DNA of 63,815 nt, counting the filler, from Octopus bimaculoides (taxonomy: Eukaryota), in NCBI RefSeq assembly GCF_001194135.2. It is 8 parts of 7 records of this genome, joined end to end, with 100 filler letters (N's around TTAATTAATTAA, not from the genome) between each part and the next. Parts side by side here need not be neighbours in the genome. Positions count along the whole stretch, not along the records: positions 19,233 to 47,516 come from NC_068981.1; 7 more parts are not named here. One strand, given 5' to 3'. The notes beneath the pieces are model-generated. The model did not search any database, had not been told where the DNA came from, and was given only the letters and a program-made list of their open reading frames with translations. Positions within the stretch are counted from its first letter, which is position 1. Each line of letters starts with the position of its first letter. Of the stretch, positions 27,481-41,559 are shown one piece after another. The translations under genes and the position numbers were made by a program.

Positions 27481-28803
27481 CACCCAGAACCATGCTAATA
27501 GCTTTGGAGTGAAATTTAGGATTTCTTGGTTTTCTGTAAATCGATTCTGATAAAACTTTTCCTAGCTGGTTTGCATACTATGGCAGCAGCATTGTTATGT
27601 TTCATTATTCTGTGTAACGTCTTACTTTTTCATTTCAGATTCTTCAGTTTTTGGGTGAACCACGCTAATAGTGTCTCTCCTCTCTAAGAACAGTGGAGCA
27701 GGGAAAAGGCTATAATGATGAAGAAAAGTCTGTCATCATCAAGGAAAGTGCTAAAGGCACCTCTCTTCATGTCATTGTGGAGAAGTTAGGTTGTCATGTG
27801 GACATGGTTTGATGATTCCTGAAAGACCCTTTGCCAAGGAAGAACTGATCTCATCGTGAGACCTCCAAGACTGTGACAGCTAGGGATTTAAGGAATATTG
27901 GCTGCAAGTTACGTGGGAAACCTGGACAAACAAGCAAAGCCATTTTCACCACCTCCAGACTTCCTCATGTACTGAAAACCACCAGAAATTGCATCCTCGG
28001 AACCATGGTTTCCATGTGAGAAACCCAGAAACTGCCACCTTTAACGCTCTACCACAGGAGTTTGAGACTTCAATGGACCCAAAAGTACATGACATTAGAC
28101 ATGAGTTGCATTCTGTTCACTGACGAAACCAGGGCGACCCTTGACAGATCTGACAGTTGAGCAAATGGTTGGGTCTGTTTTGGAGATGAGCATCACCAAC
28201 GTTTACTTCATCAACAACAGGGTGGAGGAGTCATGTTTTGGGTTGGTATCATTGCAGGCAAATTCGTTGGCCCAGTCAGGGTGCTTGGAGGGGTTAAAGT
28301 GACTGCAGTTGCCTACTGTAATCTCCTGAAGGAGATCTTAGATCCCTGGCTAGATGACATACTGCTGTCACTTCTAAGGAATCATGCATTCATGCATGAC
28401 AACGCTCCCTCCCACTCTGCTAGGACCACCCAAACATTACTAGAGTCTTATGGCATACAAGCTGAAAGGTTGATGGTGTGGCTGCAAGCATCTCCGGATC
28501 TCAACCCTATTGCAAACCTTTGGTTCATCATTAAACAAAATGTTTGTGCCGATGGATGCCAATTTATGCCAAAAGATGTCTTATGGGCGACCATCAAAGC
28601 TGCAGCAGAGGCAGTCCAACCTGCTACTATTAAGAAATTGACATATTCCATGGCTAATAGGGTTTTTGAACTTATCTGTCGAAATGGCACTCATGTGGCT
28701 AAATAATTCATTATGTCAATAAATGTCATAATATTATTATGGTTTTCTGTTAAATATATACTCAATGAATGTGTGTGTGTGTGTGTGTATATATGTATGT
28801 GTA

Positions 28804-28839
<36 letters not shown>

Positions 28840-29422
28840 AATGGAACAGAAATGCAATAGAGGACAATAAAAACATTCAGACAAGAGAAACAACAATTAG
28901 AAGGACAGGCAAAAATGACAGGTCATTCATGGCTTTCTTTCCTTAGTCAAGTGCAAGACGTCATGACCATTTCAGGCAGTTACACTTGAGATGGTTCAAT
29001 ATGATCGCCCCCAAAAAAGTCTAAGCTAAGAGCATTAGACCCCTTTGTAAGAAAGCTAATGAATGTGTACGACAACAAAGACAAAAAAACGGAGAACATG
29101 GTGCACAATTACGAATACAAACAAGAATTAACAACAGGTGCCTTTCGACTGAGAATCAATCAAATTGAGCTGGCGTGTATGAAGTGAATGCCTAAAGGCA
29201 GGGAAATAGATGGAAATAAGAGGTGTTGGCAGTCAGCAGTCAAGCCAAGAAAGAAAGATCATGGCTGGCCAGGCACCGGTCACAGGAAGGAGGAGAGCTG
29301 GGTAGGGGGCAGCAGGATTGAAGGATTAGGAAAAAAAACAGAGAATTATTACCCTTCATTTTCTGGAAAAAAAAATGTGTAGATGGGCTATTTTAATTCA
29401 AAAGCTATTAGCATGGTTCTGC

Positions 29423-29425
<3 letters not shown>
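27481..29425 (+). mobile_element. Near full-length Tc1-like (DD34E) transposon, inactivated
   Basis: TIR CACCCAGAACCATGCTAATAGCTTT matches caaaagctattagcatggttctgcgtg; ILFTDE, GGGVMFW, FMHDNAPSH, SPDLNPIAN; stops in the N-terminal half. Confidence 0.9.
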
Positions 29426-29478
<53 letters not shown>

Positions 29479-29659
29479 TTATATATTTATTTATTTATAA
29501 ATATGGTGGCCAGCCTGATTATTGCTCCTACAAAAAGCTCTGAGTATATTGCAGATCAGTTAAGTATGAAATAAATAGTATTTCCTAACTGAGCTAGTAT
29601 ATTAATTATAAGTATCAACACATCATATTGACAAAATTCTCAGAGGTAAGAATAGGCTT

Positions 29660-30605
29660 ACTGAGGCCCACCAGCCCTACCTAGAAAAAAAGCAAGAGTT
29701 ACAGAAACATCTGTGACAATTCAAAACTAATATGATATGGGAGATGCCTTTGGGGGGAAAAACAACTTAGAGTTGAGAACAGTGGGGAAAAGATATCAAT
29801 GGCCTCTGCTCCATATGGAGTGTAATGGCTTAAGTAATTTAGTATAATGCATAATGAACATTTAACATCACCACTGGTGTAAGGGGGGGGGGCATTGACA
29901 GAGTTTGCCCTGTTGTTAGCATTCAGGTCAGGGTTAGAATTTGGCAATATCTCCATCCCTTCTTCTTACCAGTTACACTGTACCTGGAAAGTGTCATAGG
30001 CACTGATTTTCCTCCTTTGACTGAGGCATTAACCATTTTGTCATTATATTTCTAATGAAATACATTACCTGTATGTTTCCATTAATTTTGAAAATAATCT
30101 GGAAATTGAAGAGCCCTTAGTGCAATGATTAGCTTCTTATTCAATTAGTTTTTGGAATAAAGCATAACAAAAACCTCACCACAAAATCCAATGCTTGTTT
30201 CAGGGTAGTGGCTTGTGTGCCTTAGTGACCCTGAGAGCCATGCCAGCAGATTATAAGCTCTTAGTATGGCCTCCTATGCTGAACAGATCAAAGGGTAGAG
30301 GCCAGACTAATATGGACCACCTATTTCCAGAGCTAAAAATAGGTTTGCATAGTGTCAACACCCCTATCTAGAAAAAAGTAAAGTTACAGAAGCATTGATG
30401 ACAATTTGAAACCAACAGGATCTGAGAAAAGAATGCCTTCCTTGGGAAAAACATATGACATGGTGCAGCAAATCTGAAAGGCAAAGCTAAAACAAGCAGG
30501 GATCCAACTGAAGAGAAGCAGAAAAGATCACTCAGATTTGAGAACAATGGTGAAAACTCATTGATAGTCTATATTGCAGAGGGTGTAAAGGGCTTCTGTA
30601 AGTAA
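29660..30605 (+). mobile_element. Two related degenerate RTE-type LINE fragments (about 29660-29835 and 30230-30605)
   Basis: Shared cccta(c/t)ctagaaaaaa..agttacagaa..tgacaatt..aaac block; RTE-like end gatggcctctgctcc..ggagtgtaatggcttaagtaa. Confidence 0.45.
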
Positions 30606-31380
30606 CAAATAAAAACTATCAGACATAAAGTTATAATGAAAGGGCTCACATTTTCAGTATGAGCAGTTTAAAATGAGATATTGAGTAGAACTAGAAGTGA
30701 CCTCAGGCAAGTTGGTATTAGAAAGGATTTAAAAAATGGTGACGGTTGGGTGTGTCAAAACCAATTGTTCAAATAAGTTTCCTCTTTTGGCAAGCTGTTT
30801 TGTTGTTTGTCAGTAAAATGCACATTTTATGTAACTTTTTTTAAGAGGCATTAGCCATCTAAACGGTTGACTTGGCATTGAACAAAGGAAGAAACAACTG
30901 TTGTGATGTGACATATGTGTTCTGTGTAAATATATATATGTACACACTCATACACATGGGTGTATACATTCAAATACTTACACACACAAACACACATGTT
31001 GCTCCATTGTGACTAGAGCCATATGGCTGAAACTTATAAAAGAATACAAAAGACTATATTTACATAAAAAAATGAGATGGCAAGTTTCAAGGTATATATA
31101 AAAATACACATTTACTGTCCCATTACCAGTTAATAATTACTGCACCAGTTGCAAGATATTTACAATTACATATTTACCCTTACATTAAGAAGTTTATCCT
31201 ATATATATATCCTCCAAACAAATGTATTAGATGTCACTTAGTTGAATTAGACCATCATTTACTCCACAAATGTTTTGTCATCAATGCTGCACTTCCCTGT
31301 ATCACCTGTTTCAACACAACTGTAATATTATATACAAACTACACCATTTTAATCCTGAGCAATGCCTGGTATCTCTGCCA

Positions 31381-31419
<39 letters not shown>

Positions 31420-31424
<5 letters not shown>

Positions 31425-31600
31425 TTTTATTTGTTTCAGTCATTTGACTGCAACCATGCTGGAGCACCGCCTTTAGTCGAACAAATCAACCCCAGGACCT
31501 AGTACTTATTCTATTAGTCTCTTTGCCAAATTGCTAAGTTACAGGGATGTAAACGCACCAACATTGGTTGTCAAGCGATGCTGTAGGGGACAACCACAGA
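31420..31600 (-). mobile_element. 3' module usually attached to family B SINEs (representative copy)
   Basis: gtcatttgactgc..catgctggagcaccgccttt...ttgctaagttac..ggttgtcaagcg. Copies near 1095, 3290, 3800, 4335, 6720, 8440, 18910, 59055. Confidence 0.75.
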
Positions 31601-31765
31601 CACAAAGGCTTCTTTTCACCACCCACCCATTGATGTCTTTGTCAATGTGGATAGGTAGATAAGTAGATTAACAGATAGAAGATATAGAAAATTGAATATC
31701 TGAACAGTATTTGCTTGTCAATCACAATAATATATGCTGTTTAAAATTTCCCTCTGCTGAACACT

Positions 31766-31825
<60 letters not shown>

Positions 31826-32891
31826 TCAACAAACTTTTTAACCATGTCATTCCCTTCTTTATGTCCTTATTATTTCTCTCTTTCTCTTTCTCCTCATCTC
31901 TCACTTCCACTAACCATATGACAGCATAATGCATCAGCTGACACAACATCACTACTCACTTTATCTGCCTCTCATTCTCAATATAACCGCCCTCCATTCT
32001 CTTTCTCTACATTTCTTTAACCACCAGAACATCACTTCTCTGCTAAACATTCTATTTCTAATTCTCTCTATATATCTCCTTTCAACTAACTTTTTAATCA
32101 CATAATAACTATTACATTCCCCCTACAACACATTGTTAACACTTCTCTCCCCCTCTTTTTCTCTTGCTTTTCAACCCTTCCCTTCATCTAACCATATGAC
32201 AGCATAATGCATTCAGCCTTAGTGTATTAATATGTAGATTGTTTATCCATTGTTCGGGTGTTGATTTTCTTTTCTTCCAATTTATTATTAATGTGTATAT
32301 GTGTCTGTGTGTGTGCAAATATGCATCAATACTGATGTTTTGCTTGTCACTTTTGGGGAAGCAGTACTGATGTTGGCATTTCTTGTTGACATTACAACCA
32401 GCTATTCTATGCTTTTGAAGACCTGTGGAATTAAAAATCCCTTACTTGAAGAAAACAAGTAAAGGTTGGCAATCAGAAGAGCATCCAGTTGTGAAATCTT
32501 TCCTAAAATAGGTTCCTGTCCAACATATGTTAGCATGGAAAAACAGACATATAATGAATGTGTGCGTGTGTTAGGGGTTGTATCTACTAAATAAATATAT
32601 ATATGATCACACAAGTACACAAATATATACATCTATAAATATGTTGATATTACTATGCTAACAATTTAAAGGTGAAAGTTTACACCGCAACACATTTTTC
32701 TGTCCTCTCTCTCTCTCTCACTAGAGCTTTTGTGATCAAACCTCAGTGATTTGCTGCACATGTCTAATAATTGTCAACAATCAAACACAAAACAAAGCTA
32801 GTTGATTTATATCACAAAACATTTACCCATTATGTTTATCTGATGGCTACTATAAAACACCTAATCGAAATTAATATCTCTATTCTTGCAG

Positions 32892-33012
32892 GCCGCAATT
32901 ATTGTCTTTGGATTTGCTTCATAACAATCTATGTGAGCTGATACAAGTAGTTAAAGCATGCAGTTATTTACCCAAACTTCAGAGTTTGGTTCTTGTTGGC
33001 AACCCACTTTCA
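32892..33012 (+). CDS. LRRC43: LRRC43 exon: LRR plus start of LRRCT cap
   Basis: ttcttgcag|G CCG CAA TTA...CCA CTT TCA|gtaagg; PQLLSLDLLHNNLCELIQVVKACSYLPKLQSLVLVGNPLS (LxxLxLxxNxL pattern). Confidence 0.9.
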
Positions 33013-34554
33013 GTAAGGTTCTTTTCAATTTCTTTCTAATTTCTTACTTGACAACAGTTTTGAACTGGAACTTCATCAATTTTTATTTTATTAAACTAAC
33101 ATCAGTATATCATCATCATCATCATCATCATCATCACTGGGGTCAATGCAATCAACTAGTCCCCTCCCCACAAATTTCAAGCCTTGTGCTTTTAGTAGAA
33201 AGAATTATAATCATTATTATAGTAAGGCAGCAAGCTGGCAGAATTATTAGTAGAAAAGATTATTATTATGATTATTATTATTTTTACTACTATTTTCATT
33301 AGCATCTTCTTTCAATTCTGTTTCCATTTCTTGCCGTGTGTCTTTCTGATACCTAATTGCACAGAAATGTTATGTATACATTGGTAGGCCATTAAAATAA
33401 ACACACCTGATTGCTCATTTACAAAGTCATGTGATAGAGAGAAAGGGGAAGGCAGAGAAAGGAGGAAAAAAAGGAAAGAAAATTCACAGTGACAATGCTT
33501 TTCTCAGTATGTGCAACATTCCAGTTAAGACAATCTTTTGTACTTCCTGCATGAAAGGTAAGCCAGGGATCATTCTTAAATAATTTTCAGTTCCTTTTTT
33601 GGTTATTCCAAGTGCTCCTACAATCACTGATATTGTAACTGTCTTGAGATGCCACATCTTTTCGATTTCGATGAGCAAATCTTTATATTTTCTGAGCTTA
33701 TCAAATTCTTTTACTGAGATATTATGGTCACAAGGTATGTTCATGTCAATCAATAAACAGACTCTATTGTTTTGGTCTTTCACAACAATATCTGGTTAAT
33801 TTGTTTTGATGGTCCAGTCTGTACATCCTGGGAAGTCCCAAAGAATAGTTACATTTTCTCCTTCAGTTACAGCCTCATGGTGGTGCTTGTACTGTTTGTC
33901 AGCAGTTTTCATTTTATAATGCAGACACATTATCCAATGTAGTTATTGGCCGATCCTGTCATGTCTTGATTTGTACTCTACAAGTGCTAAAACCTTCCAT
34001 CCAGAGATTAGGTGGTCCATTGTTTCTATCCCATCGTTGCAGTATCAGCACCTTGGGTCTACACCATTTTTCATTACACTGGCTTGATAGTTCTGGATCA
34101 ATAAGCACTGGTCTTGGGCAGCCAAGATAAAGCCTTCTCTATCTGCCTTTAGCCCTGAGCTCTATAGCCACTGATAGGTGTGTTTCTGGTCTACATCAGC
34201 TTGTTTGCTACAGGCCACATATTTATTATTATTATTATTATTATTATTTTATGTTTGACTTTTGCTTTGCATTTGTACAAGTTGGATCCAAGTCTCACCC
34301 AGAGACCTCAAGAGACAAGTTAGAAGTTCATGTAGGTGTTATGCCTAGGGTACCATATATTTGGATTTGTACATAGTGTTGTTCTAGAGAATGTTTAAGA
34401 AACCATAAGAAAATTATGTTTATTTAAAAATTTGAGATCACATAGACAGTATTTTACGTAGGATATGGGCAGTTCCCATGAGCACTATCTTTTAAACTTC
34501 AGCCATTTTGGGGTTTCCTGGTATCTGAGCTAGGTAGTAATCAGCCCGTTTCGC

Positions 34555-34585
<31 letters not shown>

Positions 34586-34595
34586 GTTATTATTA

Positions 34596-34627
<32 letters not shown>

Positions 34628-37600
34628 GTTATTAAGGCAGCAAGCTGGCAGAATTGTTAGCACACTGGACAAAATGCTTTGCAGCAGTTCATCTGTCTTT
34701 ATGTTCTGAATTCAAATTCTGCCAAGGTCAACTTTACCTTTCATCCTTTTGAGGGTCAATAAAATAAGTACCAGTTGAACACTGATGTCAATGTAATCAA
34801 CTTACTCCCTCCCCTCCCCTGAAATAGCTTGCTTGTACCAAAATTTGAAACCACCATCATCATCATCATCATTGTTATTATTATTATTATTATTATTATT
34901 AACTGGTACAAGGTGGAAAGCTGGTAGAATCATTGGCAAAATGCTTAGTGACATTTCATCTGCTGCTACGTTCTGAGTTTAAATTCCGCTGAGGTCGACT
35001 TTGCCTTTCATCCTTTCAAAGTTGATAAATTAAGTACCAGGGAAACACTGGGGTCAATGTAATCATCTAATCCCCTCCCTGCAAATTTGAGGCCTTGCAC
35101 CTTCAGTAGAAAGGATTATTATTAACTGGTACATATTGTTTATATATGTTGTGCCTCTCTTTGGAGATCTGGAGATACATTGACTGCTGAGACTTGTACA
35201 GCATAGAATACATTCTAACATTAGTAAGTGATGTGTAGGCAAGTAACCATAAACTATATTGGTTATATCTCTGTGGGATTATAGTGCTAAATGTTTTGTC
35301 CAGAAATAATCCTTTCTACTATAAGCACAAAGCTTGAAATTTTGTGGGATGGGGCTAGTCAAAACATTGACCCCAGTGCTCAAATGGTATTCTATTTTAT
35401 CAGCCCCAAAAGTTTGAAAGACAAAGTTGATCTCGGTGGAATATGAACTCAGAAGAAATATTGCTTAACATTTTGTCCTGTATAATAGCGATTCTGTGAG
35501 CTTGCCCCCCTTTGTCTAGAATTAATGAAATTTTCAGATAGAATGAAATGTACTCACATCTCGAAGTGTTGGGAATTCTAAATTTCTGTAATCTTTTTAA
35601 AGCTTGTTACAGGATATCGTGGCTTTGTCATTGCCAGTTTACCCCTTCTGGTGGTTTTGGATTATATTACAATCAGAGCTGATGAAAGATTTCATTTTAA
35701 GGATCTCCAATTGTACAAAGGTGAATTTTTGTCTGCTTTCCACAAATTTCAGTTTTAAGATAATTTCATAATACCATGATGTGTTTTAAATCAGTGCTTC
35801 TCAAACATTTTGAATTTTTGATACACTAGAGGTAAAAAAAAAAAAAATTATTGGTGTACATCACATTGAAAGTTAAAAATGACTGGTACACCTACCTTGG
35901 TGGATTAAAAAATCATTAATACACTTCCCATGGCAGGTTATAAATTACTTGTACACTTCCCATGAAAACTTAAAAACTATTGATTCACTTCTTTCACTTC
36001 CCATGGAACGGTAAAAATTACTAATGCACTTTGCAGAAAAAGTTTTTTAAAAAATCTAGCTTTTTAACCCTTTTACTGTGGAAATCAGAGTTATCCACTC
36101 ATTGTTTCATTACTCTTAAATGTGAAAAGTAGGTTATATATCAATCTATTTTTTGATACTATTTTTTTTTGTTTTAGCTTCATTACTAGAATGACTATGA
36201 AATTTAACTTCACCATTAGCAGGTTAAAGTAAAAAATTTAGAAAAATGAAAATAGCTAGAAATCTACTGCTTATTTTATTTTATTAACCATACTTAAATA
36301 TAACAAGATTATGAATAACATGTTAACCAACTATTACTATAGATTTTCTTGAGTCTTATATTATATATTTTGTGAAGGTGCATGGCTTAGTGGTCAGGGT
36401 ATTCAGCTCACAATCGTAAGGGCATGATTTCAATTCCCGGCTGTGCATTGTGTCCTTTTAATTTTTACTTATATCCTGATGAAGATTTTTGCTTTTTCAA
36501 ATTCATAATGCGGTTTAATTGCATAAATATGGATTTAAGTAATAAACCGAAATATACATAGGCAACATGAATTAACTATTATAATAAATATTTTAATTAT
36601 TCTGTATATACATTCTCCATTTTCTTCCTTTGTATCATATATATATATATGTATGTATATATATAGGCTTCTTTCAGTTTCCATCTACCAAATCCACTCA
36701 TAAGGCTTTGGCCAGCCTGAGGCTATAGTAGAAGACACTTACCCAAGGTGCCACGCAGTGGGACTGAACCTGGAACCATGTGGTTGAGAAGCAAGCTTCT
36801 TGCCACACAGCCATGCCTGTGCCTATAAGGGTATTTTTTAGTAATGTTTTTTTTTTTCTTTTGTAGGTCATATAGAAAATGTAGCAGTGATAATTATGAA
36901 CATTCCTTCCATCACTGGAATCCCAATGCCTCAAGAAATGAAGGTGAGTTTGCTTGCTTGGCACAAATAAGCTGGCACTCTGTTGGTTACAACAATGCAG
37001 GTTCTAGTTGATCTAATCGACAGAACAGCCAGTTTGTGAAATTAATGTGAAAGGGGCTGAGCACTCCACAGACACGTGTACCCTTAACATAGTTCTCAGA
37101 GAGATTCAACATGAAACTGAATGTGACATGACCATTTGAAGTACTACTCATTTTTGCCAGCTGACTGGATTGGAGCAATGTAAAATAAAGTGTCTTGCTC
37201 AAGGACACAATGCACCACCAGGTATTGAACTTTTGATGTTATGATTATGAGCTGAATACCCTAACCACTGAGCCACATGCATTCACTTGGCACACACACA
37301 TTCTCACACAGGTGATACCATTATTAACTCTTCCTTAACCTCCTATACAAAGCCAGACACTTGGTGTGAAACATATACTGCTCTTGAACAAAAACCTTTT
37401 AAACATATTTAACTCTTTAGCATTCAGATTACTCTGTCAAATGTAATGCTTATTCATTCATATAGTTTTGTATAAGTCACATATTATCTTATCTCGTGAC
37501 TACAAGATTTTGATGATGTGATTGCTTATTTTCAAAATGACATTGTAAGGTAGGTGTGAGAGGCCAGATCTGGCCAGTTTTAACATAAAACAGGTTGAAA

Positions 37601-39203
37601 TTTTGAGGTCAATATAGCCAGTTTAAACACTAAAGATTAAATAAAAACTTTTTAGACACCCCTAATGAAAACATGGCAGCTTAATTATATTCAGCAGTCA
37701 CTATATTATCATCAGCATTTTAGCCATCCATTTTTTTCCCCTATATGCCATGGTCTACTATTTATTATATTGCTATTATAAGGCTCAACATTTCCTGTAG
37801 CCTAGTTTCATAACTTCTTTGCACATGTTACCCAATCTTCTTTTGCTGTAGATACCCTGCATGATAGATTTTTCCTTAGTCTTCATCATCCATTCATATC
37901 ACTTCTACATACATAAACAACAATCTCTCCTTATACATTGAGTGACATTTTTAATGCCCATCTTCTCTTTCAACTGATTTCTTTTAGCTTGCCTCGTTCA
38001 CTTATTTCAGTCATTTGACTGTGGGGCATGCAGATGCATACATACATACATACATACATACATAAGGCGGCGAGCTGGCAGAAACGTTAGCACGCCGGGC
38101 GAAATGCTTAGCGGTATTTCGTCTGTCACTGCGTTCTGAGTTTAAATTCCACCGAGGTCGATTTTGCCTTTCATCCTTTCGGGGTCGATTAAATAAGTAC
38201 CAGTTACGCACTGGGATCGATATAATCAACTTAATCCGTTTGTCTGTCCTTGTTTGTCCCCTCTGTGTGTAGCCCCTTGTGGGCAGTAAAGAAATAACAT
38301 ACCTACATACATACATACATGCATGCATGCATATGATAGAGTCTCTCGTCGAAGATGACATGAGTGTTCAGCTTTTGCCAAACGACCTGTACAAACGATT
38401 TGCTTATAGTGATCAAATGTATGTGCCATACATTAGCTCACTCTCTCCATCAAATCAGCATTGTCTGAACAGGTGCAGTGTGCCATGCATCAGGTGTTGA
38501 AGTGATTGCAGAGCAACATGAAAGGAAGCGTTTTGCTCAAGAACACAACTCACCATTAGGTCTAGGAACTAAAACCACGATCTCATGGTCCTGAGTGCAA
38601 CACCCTAACCACTAGGCCGTGCATCCTATATGTTTGTGTGTATGTGTGTGTAAACATATATATATATGTGTATGTGTGTGAGTCTTGTGAATTCCATTTT
38701 CTTTCTCTCATATTTCTATAAACTCTATGGACACAAAGCAATTCCTGAGGTAAACCCAGTGGCACATGCCTTCATACTGGTGTTGACATCAGGTAGCTGA
38801 GTATTGTGAATGGGCTTTAAACAGTATACCTGAATATGAAATTATTACTTATACATATATATATATGTGCACCAGCATGGCCACAGTCACATGACTGAAA
38901 CAACTAAAAGAATATAATTTCAATGGACTTCTTTCAGTTTCCATCTACCAAACCCACTTACTAGTGGCCTGAAGATGTAGTAGAAGATACTCACCCAAGG
39001 TGCCATACAGTGGGACTGAACCCAGAACCATGTGTTTAGAAAGTAAACTTCTTACCACTCAGCCACTCTTTTCCAACAAGTTAACATGACACACTGACAG
39101 ATTCTGCTTATTTTATTTCTCTTCTATGTTCAATACCCATAATCTCACTATAGTGTTCTTTTTAAGCATGCTTCATGCAGTTTGTCTTTTTTGTATCATC
39201 ATT

Positions 39204-39235
<32 letters not shown>

Positions 39236-39879
39236 TGTCATCATCATTGTCACTGCCATGACCACCATCACCATCATAGTCATCATCATTATTGGCATTA
39301 TTTTCATCATCCCCTTTGTTGTTGCCATCACCATCATAGTTGTCGTCTTCCTCATCATCATCATCATTGCTATTATCATAACTATTGCCTTAGCTAACAA
39401 CCCAACCACTACTGCCATCATCATCATTGCTACTACAGATTGCACAACCAATAATTAATGTCTCCTCTAATTACGTCTGTATAAGAGATAAAAGGCTGCT
39501 GATCAGTGGTTGAAGAGTGGAAGTGTGTTTATGAATTTTTCCATTAGATCACTGCTTTATTTTTTTTCTTTTTATGCAGTTGTAAGAGTTGTTCCCAACT
39601 TTGTTTTAAAAGATGCATTTCATTGGTTGAATTTATCAATATTCTAATGAAGATGATAATTGACTTTTGTTCTTGCAGCCTTCCTTTGAGATGCCTGAAA
39701 ATACTGTCATACAAAAGACATACAGTGTTCAAGTGGTATTCCTCTCAGAAGAAAAAGATAGTGATGCAATGTTGCCTGAAGACCAGAAACAAAACTCGGT
39801 CATGGAAAGGGAATTCACTTTGAATGAATTCAAAAGAAAAAGCAGAGAAAACGTTTGTACCATCATCAGCATCATCATC

Positions 39880-39912
<33 letters not shown>

Positions 39913-41516
39913 TATTTCACTTGTCAGACTTCTTGATTTCACTTGCTTTGGCTATTTCTGTAAGAGCAGACAACAACTTGTCAAGGGTCTTACAGGGTCT
40001 TCTTACATGACACCTAACACTCAAGTACTTGTCTCAAAATCTTCACTGTCCCTAATAAAGCAGTTTTCTGAGCATGTTCTACCCTCATGTCAATCCCAAT
40101 TTCTCCAACAGATTTCTCAAACCTGGTTGTTATTGCTACTAATGCTCCTACAACTAGTGGGATGATAATTACTTTCTTCATTGGCCACATTCATATGATC
40201 ACATCTTTTAGTGGCTCATATTTCTCAGTCTTTTCCAGTTCTTTATCATCCACTCATACAGGTATGCCCCAGGTATGGCAATATCTATAATTTTTGTTCC
40301 CTTTATCATTTTATCAACTACGACAATGCCTGGTCTCTGATTATTATTATTGGTATTATCAAAGTGGTGAGCTAGTAGAACTATTAGCATGTTGGACAAA
40401 ATGCTTAGCAGTATTCATCCATCTTTACATTCTGAGTTCAAATTCCACTGAGGTCAACTTTGCTTTTCATCCTTTTGGGAGTTGATAAAATAAGTACAAG
40501 TCAAATACTAGGGTTGATGTAATCGACTTCCCCTCAAAAACTGCTGGCCCTATGCCAAAATTATTATTATCATCATTATTATTATTATTATTCAGTAGTC
40601 ATATTTTTATCATGTGCTTTCATTGCACTACCAAGCACAGCTCTGTGTGCCTTGGGTATGTGCTGCGGTTTGTTGTGATGCTCTTATTGTTATTGTATTG
40701 GAAGTGTCTTACATAGGATGTGTGCTGTGCTTAGTAGTGCTATTTTCTGTATGTTATATATACTTATTAGTCCTGGTGTTTTTGTTATGCATTTGTCTGA
40801 ATATTTTTTATGATACCTAACGCATCTACTATGATAGGAATTGTTTCTGTTTTTAGACTTCACATTTGAGTTACCTCTATATCCAGTCTTTGTATTTTAA
40901 TAGTTTCTCCATTTTTTTAGAGAAATTATTATTATTATTATTATTATTATTAAAATTTTGCCTTTCATCTTTTTGGGGTTGATAAAATAAGTACCAGTTG
41001 ATTACCGGGGTTGATGTAATTGACGTACTCCTTCCCCCAAGTTTCAGGCCTTGTGCCTATAGCAGAAAGGATTATTATTATTAGAATCATTAGCGCACCA
41101 GGTGAAATGCTTAGCAGTATTTCAGCCATTTTTATACTATAAGTTCAAATTCTGCCAGGGTTGACTTTGCCTTTCATCCTTCCAGGGCCAATAAAATAAG
41201 TAACAATTGAACACTGAGACCAATTTAATTGACTTAGCCCCTCCTCCAAACTGCTGGCCTTGTGCCAAAATTTGAAACCATTATTATTGTTGCTGTTGTT
41301 GTTGTTGTTATTAAGGTGGCAAGCTGGACAAAATGCTTAGTGATATTTCACCTGTTGCTATGTTCTGAGTTCAAATTCTGCCGAGATCAACTTTGCCTTT
41401 CATCCTTTAGGGGGTCAGTAAAATAAGTACCAGCGAAACACTGGGATCGATGTAATCAACTTACCTTCTCCCTTAAGTTTCAGGCTTTGTGCCTATAGTA
41501 GAAAGGATTATTATTA

Positions 41517-41559
<43 letters not shown>

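Noticed and set aside
24428-30060. Candidate upstream LRRC43 exons (near 24428-24559, 24948-24988 and 29973-30050)
   Set aside because: Only faint peptide resemblance, with in-frame stops or no usable donor/acceptor pair.
35792-36040. hAT/Charlie-like left end CAGTGCTTCTCAAAC with short subterminal repeats
   Set aside because: No matching right TIR or TSD found; not enough to call.
39126-39458. Poly-His, poly-Ile and poly-Met ORFs
   Set aside because: All arise from one intronic imperfect (CAT)n tract; no splice or homology support.
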